Positions 1 to 8,294 of a stretch of 64,000 nucleotides of DNA are shown one piece after another. The notes under the pieces were generated by a model that had not been told where the DNA came from, ran no database searches, and saw only the letters and a program-made list of their open reading frames with translations. The translations under genes were made by a program, and so were the position numbers. Origin of the DNA: Clostridia bacterium (GTDB taxonomy: Bacteria > Bacillota > Clostridia > Oscillospirales > CAG-272); the NCBI GenBank assembly GCA_017621655.1, contig JAGASS010000025.1:11157-75156 (forward strand). The letters are read 5' to 3'. Numbering within the stretch: position 1 is the stretch's first letter; every line of letters begins with the position of its first letter.

Positions 1-855
1 GACCGAAAACGGCTTCGGCATAAGCTTGAAGCCGACGTCCTTAAGGTAATAATAGGTATCACGCGCGCTGTGACCGATAGCGAGAATGACGGTCGAGCAT
101 GGGATCTCGCCGTTCTGCGTTCTTACCGCAGTCGCGCGTCCGTTTTTCATGATTATTTCGTCAAGACGGGTATTATATCTTATTTCACCGCCAAGCTCCT
201 GTATGCGTGCGGCGACGTTATTAACAACGCCGAGAAGCTTGTCGGTACCGATATGCGGCTTCGCGTGAAGAAGCACCTCCTTCGGCGCACCGAAGGAATA
301 GAGCCGGGAGAGAACGTATCCGACGCGCGCGTCGTTTATTCTCGTTACGAGCTTGCCGTCGGAAAACGTGCCTGCGCCGCCTGCGCCGAACTGAATATTT
401 GACTCGGTGTCAAGAATTCCGTCGCGGAAGAATCTTCCGACCTTTTGAGTGCGTGAAAGCACGTTGTCACCGCGCTCGATAACTATCGGACGGTAGCCCG
501 ATTCCGCGAGCATAAGTGCGGCAAACATTCCGCATGGACCGAAGCCGACAACGACGGGGCGCTCGGTCATAATTTCGTCACCCTCTAAAATGCCGTCAAG
601 CGGATCGCTCTCAAGCATTTCGACAGCGTCGATCTTGTTTAGCTCACTTTCCGAAAGGGAACGGGCAATTTCAAGCGTGACCGACCAGACGAAGGTTATC
701 TCTTTTCGCCTTGTGTCGACGGAACGGCGGAAAATATGCTTATTTATAATGTCCTCTTTGAGCGTGAACGGAGCAAGCCGAGATGCGGCCTGCTCCATTA
801 CCTCGCCTTCCGTTACCGAGATCGGCGTACGGATGTTACGTATAATTATTTTCAT
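1..855 (-). CDS. FAD-dependent oxidoreductase, COG2509-like (first 285 codons; C-terminus lies beyond window start)
   Basis: Absent from the ORF track because it runs off the window edge. Minus-strand ATG at 855-853. Hand translation MKIIIRNIRTPISVTEGE...ERPVVVGFGPCGMFAALMLAESGYRPIVIERG (GxGxxG fold)...FGAGGAGTFSDGKL...GFKLMPKPFSV stays open to base 1. Confidence 0.75.
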   Translation of the reverse strand, partial: MKIIIRNIRTPISVTEGEVMEQAASRLAPFTLKEDIINKHIFRRSVDTRRKEITFVWSVTLEIARSLSESELNKIDAVEMLESDPLDGILEGDEIMTERPVVVGFGPCGMFAALMLAESGYRPIVIERGDNVLSRTQKVGRFFRDGILDTESNIQFGAGGAGTFSDGKLVTRINDARVGYVLSRLYSFGAPKEVLLHAKPHIGTDKLLGVVNNVAARIQELGGEIRYNTRLDEIIMKNGRATAVRTQNGEIPCSTVILAIGHSARDTYYYLKDVGFKLMPKPFSV

Positions 856-857
856 TT

Positions 858-2105
858 TTAACGTGTGGCTTTCGCGATGCTAACCGTATACGGCTCGCCC
901 TCGGAATATATCTCGTAGACCTTGCCGGAAAATTCACCGAGAAATTCAAATTCAACGACGCCCGTGTTTTCACCCTCGGCGGCGTTGACGGTCGCCTTGA
1001 CGCTTGATGAGGTAAGGCGTGACATAACGGAGCTTTCACCGCGGAAACGCACCTTGATGCTCGTTACTCTTGTGCCGCTTGTGTCGAAGACCGAAACGGT
1101 AAGCTCCTTTTCGGAATAATTCTTCAGCGTGACGGTGACGTTTATGGAGTTGACACCGTCAACATTCTGAACGCCCGTCGGAAGACCGACGACGCAGTTT
1201 ACGGGAATACCGCTTTTGAGCGTTTTCTCGTCGATTATGCAGTTTACGGTCAGATTTTTAATCGTTCCGATCTCACCGTATACGTTAAGGGTCTCGGTGC
1301 TGAGACTTACAGTCGCATTTTCGGGCTTCTGTATTCCGTGCTTGAAGACCACGGATACGGGTACCGTCGCATTTCCGTAAAGAGAGACGGTGACCGATGC
1401 AGTATCGGAGGAAAGACGGAGATAACGGCGGTCTGCCTCGGGGATCTCCGAGCCGTCCTCACCGATAAGGATGAGCTTTCCGCTGTATTTTCTGCCGCTT
1501 GTGATGGATTCGCCGTTAAGGTCAACGGGAAGCTCTGCGCGAGCGACCTTGTTTACTATCTGCTCTGGTCCTGTTATTACGATGTCGGGAATTTTGCTGA
1601 TATTAAGGGTGTATTCGCTTGACATCGAATAGTTGAATGGCTTTGCCTCGACGGAAACGCTCTTTGACGCCTTGTTGTCAAGGTAGACTGTGACTGCGCC
1701 GACGCTCGTTTTTTCGAGAGTTACGCCACTCGGAAGCTTAAACTGAATATCGAAAAGCTTTTCGCCTGCTTCAGTTACGTTTGAAACGTCAACGTAAGCG
1801 CGTATGTCGGAATTTTTGAGCTTTTGGACTGCGCCTCTGTTGCCCGAAACGGTAACGTCGACGGTGATCCCATCGCCAGAAAGGACCGCGTATTCGCCCT
1901 TGTTTACGATCTCGACGGGGATCTCGGCAAATTCCTCCTCGTAATTTACGGTATCAACGCTTACCGCGTAGTACCAGAGGAAAAACGCGAGAAGCAGACA
2001 TATTATTTTTGCAATAAAGTCGATTGTCTTGTTTTTCTTGACGGTAATATTGCCCTCTGCTTGCTCTATTTCGGGGCGAAGCTCGTTTTTAACTTCATTA
2101 TCCAT
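858..2105 (-). CDS. cdaR: YbbR-domain protein, CdaA regulator CdaR-like
   Basis: 415-aa ORF with an N-terminal TM helix followed by repeated beta-rich YbbR-like segments. Its start overlaps the cdaA stop by 8 nt, the canonical cdaA-cdaR arrangement. Confidence 0.75.
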   Translation of the reverse strand: MDNEVKNELRPEIEQAEGNITVKKNKTIDFIAKIICLLLAFFLWYYAVSVDTVNYEEEFAEIPVEIVNKGEYAVLSGDGITVDVTVSGNRGAVQKLKNSDIRAYVDVSNVTEAGEKLFDIQFKLPSGVTLEKTSVGAVTVYLDNKASKSVSVEAKPFNYSMSSEYTLNISKIPDIVITGPEQIVNKVARAELPVDLNGESITSGRKYSGKLILIGEDGSEIPEADRRYLRLSSDTASVTVSLYGNATVPVSVVFKHGIQKPENATVSLSTETLNVYGEIGTIKNLTVNCIIDEKTLKSGIPVNCVVGLPTGVQNVDGVNSINVTVTLKNYSEKELTVSVFDTSGTRVTSIKVRFRGESSVMSRLTSSSVKATVNAAEGENTGVVEFEFLGEFSGKVYEIYSEGEPYTVSIAKATR

Positions 2106-2979
2106 TTTCTTCGCCCTCCTTTTTGCCGTTATTCCTGTCTTTTTTGTGAGTAAATATCTTCGGAACTACCGTTTTTTCCTGTTCAGTCAGGAACAGCTCC
2201 TCAAGCTCCTTTTTGAGCGAATTGTGAGTGTATCCGCGCTTGAGCTGACCGTTCATGGCAACCGAGATCGTGCCCGTTTCCTCAGATACGATGATAACGA
2301 CTGCGTCGCTCTCCTCGCTGATACCGATTCCTGCGCGGTGACGCGTTCCGAGGTCCTTGATTATTTCCTCGTTTGACGAGAGGGGGAGGAAGCAACCTGC
2401 CGAATCAATGCGCCAATCGCGGATTATTACCGCACCGTCGTGAAGAGGTGCGCCCTCGTAGAATACGTTGCGAAGCATGAAGGAGGAAATGTCCGCGTTT
2501 ACGGTAACGCCGCTTTTCGTAATGTCACCGAGCTTCGTTGTGCGCTCGATAACGATAAGCGCGCCTGTACGGGAGCGTCCAAGCTGGGAGACGGCAGTCG
2601 ATATTTCGCTGATGCCTGCGGCAACGCCCTCGTTCTGATCCTTGTTTTCGGATTTCGGAATGAAGCCCTTGAAGCGTTCGCCGCCCATTTTTTCAAGCGC
2701 GGCGCGAAGCTCGGGCTGGAAGACGATAACGAGCGCAACGAAGCCGACCTGGAAGAGGTTCGTCATGAGGAACGACACCGTGCGGAGTCCGATCAAGCTT
2801 CCGAAGAGCATTATGGCAATAAGTACCGCAACGCCGACTGCAAGCTTACCTGCACGTCTGTCGCGGATAAATGCGTAGACGAAGTACATCATTATGGCGA
2901 TGAGCAATATGTCTATAACGTCAAGAATATTCATATTCAAGAGCTGATACTTGAATGCCTCCCATGAAAATACGCCCAT
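2098..2979 (-). CDS. cdaA: diadenylate cyclase CdaA (DisA_N domain, three N-terminal TM helices)
   Basis: Motifs GALIVIER, DGAVIIRD and RHRAGIGISEESDAVVIIVSEETGTISVA are typical of the DAC domain. RBS GAAGGTGGA lies upstream. Confidence 0.9.
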   Translation of the reverse strand: MGVFSWEAFKYQLLNMNILDVIDILLIAIMMYFVYAFIRDRRAGKLAVGVAVLIAIMLFGSLIGLRTVSFLMTNLFQVGFVALVIVFQPELRAALEKMGGERFKGFIPKSENKDQNEGVAAGISEISTAVSQLGRSRTGALIVIERTTKLGDITKSGVTVNADISSFMLRNVFYEGAPLHDGAVIIRDWRIDSAGCFLPLSSNEEIIKDLGTRHRAGIGISEESDAVVIIVSEETGTISVAMNGQLKRGYTHNSLKKELEELFLTEQEKTVVPKIFTHKKDRNNGKKEGEENG

Positions 2980-3134
2980 ATTGTTTCCACCTTCTTCTGA
3001 AAAATTGAAATTTATCTATCGGATCGGTCAAAACCGTCCTCTGAAAATCAGATTATTATACTCCATTTTCTATTGTATCATAAAAGAAACGATATTGCAA
3101 TTATTATTTTATTAAATAATATAAAAATATATAT

Positions 3135-3657
3135 GTTTTTCGCGGGCGAGCAATGCTCGCCCCTACAAAGGTATATTGAACGTGAATTCGTAGGGACAGG
3201 CAACCTCGGGAACCCCCAAAACTCGCGTTCGCTCGTTTCGGGGAACCCCTCACCTCGACTGTCCGCACGGGAACAATGTAACATCGTTTTTGCGCGGGGC
3301 GTCGAGGACGTCGCCCCCTACAAAGATGTGGCGAAAATTCGCTACGTTGTCTCGCCTTCCCCAGCGGGGGAAGGGGGACCGCAGACGCTGCGTCTGCGGT
3401 GGATGAGGTGTTCGGGAAAGATGTAACATTGTTTTTGTAACGGCGGGAGCAAGCCCCCGCCCTACGAAAACGTGACGAAACATCAGAACGTTGTCTTGCC
3501 TTCTCCAGTGGGAGGAAGGTAAGAGGTAAACAAGAGGCAGTGCCTCGGATGAGGTGTTCGGGAAAGATGTAACATTGTTTTTATGCGGGCGAGCAATGCT
3601 CGCCCCTACAAGAGAGTTTCAAGCGTTCCCGTAGGGGCGACCTGTGGTCGCCCGCCT
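3135..3657. repeat. REP/BIME-like composite repeat cluster R1 (about 2.5 tandem units of ~146 bp plus flanking hairpins)
   Basis: Six GC hairpins each abut CTAC or GTAG: GGGCGAGCAATGCTCGCCC-CTAC (twice), GTAG-GGACAGG...CTGTCC, GGGGCGTCGAGGACGTCGCCCC-CTAC, GGCGGGAGCAAGCCCCCGCC-CTAC and GTAG-GGGCGACCTGTGGTCGCCC. The conserved ATGTAACATYGTTTTT motif recurs at 3276, 3421 and 3567. Confidence 0.85.
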
Positions 3658-3712
3658 GTTCGTGATGCAATTTCGCGGGCGAGCGTGACGCAACAACATT
3701 ACCGCACACAAT

Positions 3713-3745
3713 CAAAAAAGCAAGAGCAATTTGCCCTTGCTTTTT
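3713..3745 (-). terminator. rho-independent terminator downstream of spo0A
   Basis: On the minus strand, AAGCAAGGGC-AAATT-GCTCTTGCTT hairpin followed by TTTTTTG. Confidence 0.7.
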
Positions 3746-3747
3746 CT

Positions 3748-4515
3748 TTACGACAGCTTGTTCGACAATCTGAGATTATCGGCTATCATGGCGATAAATT
3801 CGCTGTTCGTCGGCTTGCCGCGGTTGTTCTGAATGGTATAACCGAAATACGAATTGAGCGTTTCGACGTCACCTCTGTCCCACGCGACCTCGATCGCGTG
3901 ACGGATCGCGCGCTCGACGCGAGAGGAGGTCGTCGCGTACTTCTTCGCGACCGACGGATAAAGGATCTTCGTCACCGAATTTATAATATCGGAATCCTCG
4001 ACGGTCATCATAATGGCGGTGCGGAGGTACTGATAGCCCTTTATGTGCGCGGGAACGCCGATCTGATGGATAACTTTTGTGACCTGCGTCTCAATATCAA
4101 CGTCCTGACGGTGAACTGTGCCGGGCTTTCTGCGCGAGGAGGAAAGACGCTGAATGCGCTCGTGAAGCTGCTTGTAATCAAAGGGGCGAAGCATGCAGTA
4201 ATCAGCACCTGCCTCGGTCGCCTCGGCGAACATCGCACCGTTGTTGACGACCGAATAAACGATGAACGACGGCGCGGTGTCTGCTCCGAAATCGAGAAGC
4301 GACGCACCGCGAATGACCTGCGTGCAGTCGAGCTTTGAGAGCCACACGTCGGTCAGCACCACGTCGGGATGAAATTTGTCGATCTTGTAGAGCGCGTCCT
4401 CACCGTTTGACGCCTCCTCTATTCGCTTGTAGCCAAGCCCGATCAGATTTGAACGGCAGCTCCTTCTGAAATCACTGTTTTCGTCTGCAATAAGTATTTT
4501 GATGCTTTGTTCCAT
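3748..4515 (-). CDS. spo0A: sporulation master regulator Spo0A
   Basis: N-terminal receiver domain (ILIADEN...DVVLTDVWL). C-terminal Spo0A_C signature [16 protein letters not shown]...[15 protein letters not shown]...[22 protein letters not shown] lies upstream. Confidence 0.95.
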   Translation of the reverse strand: MEQSIKILIADENSDFRRSCRSNLIGLGYKRIEEASNGEDALYKIDKFHPDVVLTDVWLSKLDCTQVIRGASLLDFGADTAPSFIVYSVVNNGAMFAEATEAGADYCMLRPFDYKQLHERIQRLSSSRRKPGTVHRQDVDIETQVTKVIHQIGVPAHIKGYQYLRTAIMMTVEDSDIINSVTKILYPSVAKKYATTSSRVERAIRHAIEVAWDRGDVETLNSYFGYTIQNNRGKPTNSEFIAMIADNLRLSNKLS

Positions 4516-4699
4516 TATTTGTCACTCTCCGTAATTTTGATATTTGATTTACAAAATTATGATACCATAAATTACCAAATAATGCAATATATGGAAATTC
4601 AAAAATTTCGCCAAAGTTTGTATGGAAAAATTTACCAAATTGCACAAAGGGCTGTAGAATAAGGTCGAAACGGTGAGTTTGAGGGATGTGAAAACGCGA

Positions 4700-5014
4700 C
4701 CCTAGGGTGCGACGGCCACGTGAACCCCCAAAGCTCATTACATTCGCTTCGGGGAACCCCTACCTCGACGCCCCGTTATGAAAGAAAAGAAACATCGTTT
4801 ATTTTCGAGAGGGGAAACCCCTCCCCTACGAAAGAGACGCGCCACGTCGTCTTGCCTTCCCCAGCGGGGGAATGGTGCAAGAGGCGTTGCCTCGGTCGGT
4901 TGAGGTGTTCGGGAACAATGTAACATTGGTTTTATGCGGCGGGAGCAAGCCCCCACCCTACGAAAACGTGGCGAAGCTTCGCCGCGTTGTCTTACCTTCT
5001 CCCGCTGGAGAAGG
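4700..5014. repeat. REP/BIME-like composite repeat cluster R2
   Basis: Contains GAGGGGAAACCCCTCCCC-CTAC, GGCGGGAGCAAGCCCCCACC-CTAC, CCTTCCCCAGCGGGGGAA, GAGGCGTTGCCTC, TTGAGGTGTTCGGGAACAATGTAACAT and GTGGCGAAGCTTCGCCGCGTTGTCTTACCTTCTCCCGCTGGAGAAGG. Confidence 0.85.
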
Positions 5015-5036
5015 TATATCATCGTGTCAAAGTTAT

Positions 5037-6080
5037 TTAACCTTCTTGATCCTCAATCGTTTCGATAATTACCCCGGTGTAATAGTGAAGAAGAATCTCA
5101 TCATACGTCTTTCCGTTTTTTGCCATCTCGTTTGCACCGTACTGACTCATTCCGACGCCGTGACCGTAGCCGTGGACGGTGAAGCGCCAGCCGCCGTCGA
5201 TCTCCTCAAACTCAAAATTCGTCGATTTGAAGCCGAACTGACTTCGTAAGAGCTTCGCCTTGACTGCAAGTCCGCTTAGACATATATAATCGGCTCTTCC
5301 ACTGTCTGTCTCGGTTATGTAAATGCCTTTTTTGCTTCCCGAATTGACCTTTACCGCACTGTCGGAGGCGAAAAGAGATGCAATATCGCTGTCGGTAAGA
5401 GTTACCGTCGAAACACGGTCGCTTTCGGGGGTGCTGACGGACGTAAGATACGGCACGTTACCGCCCCAGATGTTCTTCGACGACTCGGTCATCCTGTAGG
5501 AGCTTGAATGGAAGACCGCGAGCGCCGGCTTGCCGTTCCAGGTTATTATCTGCCCTGCCGTTTGCTTGACCGCGTTTTTGACCTTCGTCATTATGCTTTC
5601 GGTCGTCGTTTTTCCGTAACGGGACACAAGCTCGTCTTGCGAGACGTAGGACTGACAGTGGGAATAATCGGTGCAGACGTCGGCGCCGTCCTTGTGTGAG
5701 CCGCTTCCGAGCTTGTTCAGACAGTAGGAACGAGCCGCCACCGCCTGCGCCTTGAGCGCCTCGGTGTGAAAGGTATATGGCATTTCGGCGGCAACGACGC
5801 AGACTATGTAATCCTCGAGCGACATTTCGACCGTCTTGTCCTCCTTGTGGAGATAAACAAGTAATCGGTCGGTCGGCTTTTCGGAATCGGGAGTTGTCGT
5901 TGACGGCTCGGTCTCGGGTGTCGGATCGGTTTCCGAGCCGATCGGCTCAGTTGTTTGAGGTGGAATAAAAGGTTCTTCTTCTGTCTCGGTAGCAGTCGCG
6001 ACGGACACGAGTGGAACGGTCACCGTAAATATGCAAATCACAATAAGCGCTATTGCGGTCAGCTTTCGTCTCAGATTCAT
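5037..6080 (-). CDS. spoIID: stage II sporulation protein D (SpoIID/LytB lytic transglycosylase domain)
   Basis: N-terminal signal/TM segment, a T/E/P-rich linker, then VVAAEMPYTFHTEALKAQAVAARSY and later motifs typical of SpoIID. Confidence 0.9.
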   Translation of the reverse strand: MNLRRKLTAIALIVICIFTVTVPLVSVATATETEEEPFIPPQTTEPIGSETDPTPETEPSTTTPDSEKPTDRLLVYLHKEDKTVEMSLEDYIVCVVAAEMPYTFHTEALKAQAVAARSYCLNKLGSGSHKDGADVCTDYSHCQSYVSQDELVSRYGKTTTESIMTKVKNAVKQTAGQIITWNGKPALAVFHSSSYRMTESSKNIWGGNVPYLTSVSTPESDRVSTVTLTDSDIASLFASDSAVKVNSGSKKGIYITETDSGRADYICLSGLAVKAKLLRSQFGFKSTNFEFEEIDGGWRFTVHGYGHGVGMSQYGANEMAKNGKTYDEILLHYYTGVIIETIEDQEG

Positions 6081-6102
6081 ATCTTATTTCTCCTTTTTTT
6101 CA

Positions 6103-6132
6103 ATACTTATGAAAAAATCCCGAAATATATGC
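6103..6132 (-). promoter_or_regulatory. possible sigma-E-type promoter for spoIID
   Basis: The minus strand reads GCATATATTTCGGGATTTTTTCATAAGTAT. This loosely fits the B. subtilis sigma-E pattern (ATA, about 16 nt, CATAcanT), about 25 nt upstream of the RBS. Confidence 0.3.
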
Positions 6133-6136
6133 GACC

Positions 6137-6165
6137 TTGATTTTCTTCACGCCCCGTGATATAAT
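6137..6165 (+). promoter_or_regulatory. sigma-A-type promoter for the 6189 ORF
   Basis: TTGATT, 17 nt spacer, TGaTATAAT (extended -10). Confidence 0.55.
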
Positions 6166-6188
6166 GAGAAAAAAACGGAGGTGAAACG

Positions 6189-6914
6189 ATGCTTGAAGCA
6201 GTCTTTTGGGAAGCCGAAAAATACTCCTTTCCGATAATAATAACCGACGGTAAGAGTGTCACGCGCAATTCGGAAGCAAAGAGAATAAGATCGCTTTCGC
6301 GCGTTTCGCCGATGTCGTGCCTGACGAAAAAGACGAAAGAAAACCTCCTTCTTATGAGCAAAAATTCGGCTGTAGCGGTCAAAACCAAAAGAGGGCCGTC
6401 GCTCGTTTACCGCATATATGACTACTTGATATTTATGTATCTGCCGATGCTCTATAATATCGGAAATATACCGAACGATATTTTTGACCTTAACGTGTCG
6501 GGAAACGGTCTGCCCGAAGCGTTATCAAATCTATCGCAAAAGCTTTTCCCGAAGGGAGAAATAACGGCTTCGTCATTTATTAGAGTCACGTCCCTTTCGG
6601 CAACGCTCGCCTTTTCGGAGGATACTGTCAAGGGTGATATAGACGGCGACGGTATGATAGACGCAAAAGAGGCGTTTTTCGCACTCGGACGCGCAATAGA
6701 AGACCTTGATATAAAGATGACAGAACTGCGTGAGCCGCCGATCACGGTAGCGTTTTCGGACGGTGAAACGTCGGTCTCCCTTTACGGCGAGAAGATATGG
6801 AGCGCAAGCTCGGTGGTTCTGACTGCGGTCTCACCCTATTCCTTTACCGAAAAGGAATATTCTGCCGCGTTTGCGGCTGCGACCGTGATTTCAATATTCA
6901 AATCGCGCAAATGA
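6189..6914 (+). CDS. hypothetical protein with one dockerin/EF-hand-like Ca-binding motif
   Basis: RBS GGAGGTG lies 5 nt before the ATG. The motif DIDGDGMIDAKEA is present. No family recognised. Confidence 0.45.
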   Translation: MLEAVFWEAEKYSFPIIITDGKSVTRNSEAKRIRSLSRVSPMSCLTKKTKENLLLMSKNSAVAVKTKRGPSLVYRIYDYLIFMYLPMLYNIGNIPNDIFDLNVSGNGLPEALSNLSQKLFPKGEITASSFIRVTSLSATLAFSEDTVKGDIDGDGMIDAKEAFFALGRAIEDLDIKMTELREPPITVAFSDGETSVSLYGEKIWSASSVVLTAVSPYSFTEKEYSAAFAAATVISIFKSRK

Positions 6915-6970
6915 GGTAGACAGTCTCACTTTTGCGTGATATACTAAAGAAAACAACGGAGGAAAAAGCT

Positions 6971-7825
6971 ATGCCATACCGATTCATGAGATTTCCCGAG
7001 GGGAAAACGAAGGCAGTGACCTTCAGCTACGACGACGGCGTCCGCACCGATATGCGACTTGCCGAAATTTGCGACAAATACGATCTTAAGGCGACCTTCA
7101 ATATCTGCAGTACGCTTATCGCGGAGAACGACGGCGAATGGCGCCTTACGAAAAATGAGTTAAGAGAGCTTGTTAGCCGCGGACACGAGATCGCGGTCCA
7201 CGGTCACGAGCATAAATCCCCCGCGGTTTCGACCGATATGGAGATAATAAAAGAGGTGCTTACCTGCCGTGAGAAGCTCGAAGAGGTACTCGGAACGGTG
7301 GTCACGGGAATGGCTTATCCCGACTGCGAGATCGCGCGTGCAGGCGCGCGTAGGTATGAGGAGATAAGAACGCTCTTAAGCTCTCTCGGAATCTCCTATT
7401 CGAGAACGCTCGGGGGTGATAATAACGGCTTCGCGCTTCCCGACGATTGGCTTGCTTGGATGCCGACTATCCATCACGACAATCCGAGCTCCATCGAATA
7501 CGCGCAGCAGTTCGTCGACATGAAGGTCGATGACCTCTACGTTTCAAGACATAATCCGCGCCTTTTCTACGTCTGGGGACATAGCTACGAGTTCGACAGT
7601 AATAACAATTGGGAACATTTCGAGGAGCTTTGTCAGATCCTTTCGGGTAAAGAGGACACATGGTACGCGACGAATATCGAAATTTACAGATATTCGAAGG
7701 CGTTTGATTCGCTTGTATTCAATACCGCAAATACCTGTGTGTATAACCCGACCGCGTTTGATATTTGGTTTTCATGTAAAGGCAAAACGCACTGCGTAAA
7801 AGCAGGACAAACGCTGAATTATTAA
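6971..7825 (+). CDS. polysaccharide deacetylase family protein (CE4-like)
   Basis: The track ORF begins at TTG 6932. I prefer ATG 6971, which is preceded by GGAGGAAAAAGCT. The sequence AVTFSYDDG...HGHEH is typical of the NodB/polysaccharide deacetylase fold. Confidence 0.85.
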   Translation: MPYRFMRFPEGKTKAVTFSYDDGVRTDMRLAEICDKYDLKATFNICSTLIAENDGEWRLTKNELRELVSRGHEIAVHGHEHKSPAVSTDMEIIKEVLTCREKLEEVLGTVVTGMAYPDCEIARAGARRYEEIRTLLSSLGISYSRTLGGDNNGFALPDDWLAWMPTIHHDNPSSIEYAQQFVDMKVDDLYVSRHNPRLFYVWGHSYEFDSNNNWEHFEELCQILSGKEDTWYATNIEIYRYSKAFDSLVFNTANTCVYNPTAFDIWFSCKGKTHCVKAGQTLNY

Positions 7826-7828
7826 AAG

Positions 7829-7858
7829 AAAAACAGACGGGAAACCGTCTGTTTTTTG
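7829..7858 (+). terminator. rho-independent terminator
   Basis: AACAGACGG-GAAA-CCGTCTGTT followed by TTTTTG. Confidence 0.75.
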
Positions 7859-7871
7859 TGTTTTTTAATTG

Positions 7872-8286
7872 ATGTAACATTGTTTTCGCACGGGAGGGGA
7901 GACCCCTCCCCTACAAAGGTATATTGAACGTGAATTTGTAGGGCGGGGGCTTGCTCCCGCCGTTCCAAAGAAAAGTAACATCGTTCCCACGCGGGCGAGC
8001 AATGCTCGCCCCTACAAGAAAATTCCAAACGCCCTTGTAGGGGCGACCATTGGTCGCCCGTTTTACGAGAGGGGAAACCCCTCCCCTACCGAGGGTAGAT
8101 CGAACGTCGATTTGTAGGGGGCGACGTCCTCGACGCCCCGTTTGGTCGTAAAGTAACACCGTTTTTGCGCGGCGGGAGCAAGCCCCCGCCCTACAAACAC
8201 GTGCCGAGGCATCGCCGCGTTGTTTGTCTTCCCCTCAGGGGAATGGTGCAAGGTGGCAGAGCAACGGACGGATAGGTGTTCGGATG
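7872..8286. repeat. REP/BIME-like composite repeat cluster R3
   Basis: Seven GTAG/CTAC-abutted hairpins, including two head-to-head pairs (hairpin-CTAC, 23-24 nt, GTAG-hairpin). The cluster ends with GTGCCGAGGCATCGCCGCGTTGT...CTTCCCCTCAGGGGAA...GGATAGGTGTTCGG. Confidence 0.85.
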
Positions 8287-8294
8287 ATGGCGCA

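Noticed and set aside
3073-3483. Small ORFs inside repeat clusters that share peptide strings such as PSPAGEG, VEDVAPYKDVAK and MLHCSRTPHP (also 4738..5249, 7822..8251, 24753..25155, 37429..37992, 44040..44307).
   Set aside because: The recurring peptides simply mirror the repeated DNA modules. They occur in both orientations and in several frames, lack RBSs, and are interrupted by stops in other copies.
3268-3583. Possible CRISPR array, suggested by the conserved ~36-nt GGATGAGGTGTTCGGGAAAGATGTAACATTGTTTTT recurring regularly.
   Set aside because: The period is ~146 bp rather than 60-75 bp. The intervening segments themselves contain conserved modules shared with other loci. No cas genes or leader are present, and the same motif occurs singly and inverted elsewhere.
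3583-4338. 251-aa plus-strand ORF.
   Set aside because: It starts inside repeat cluster R1 and runs antisense through spo0A.
6452-6745. 97-aa minus-strand ORF, and 6107..6388.
   Set aside because: They overlap the plus-strand 241-aa ORF, which has a promoter and an RBS. Neither has translation signals. The coding status of the 241-aa ORF itself is only moderately supported.
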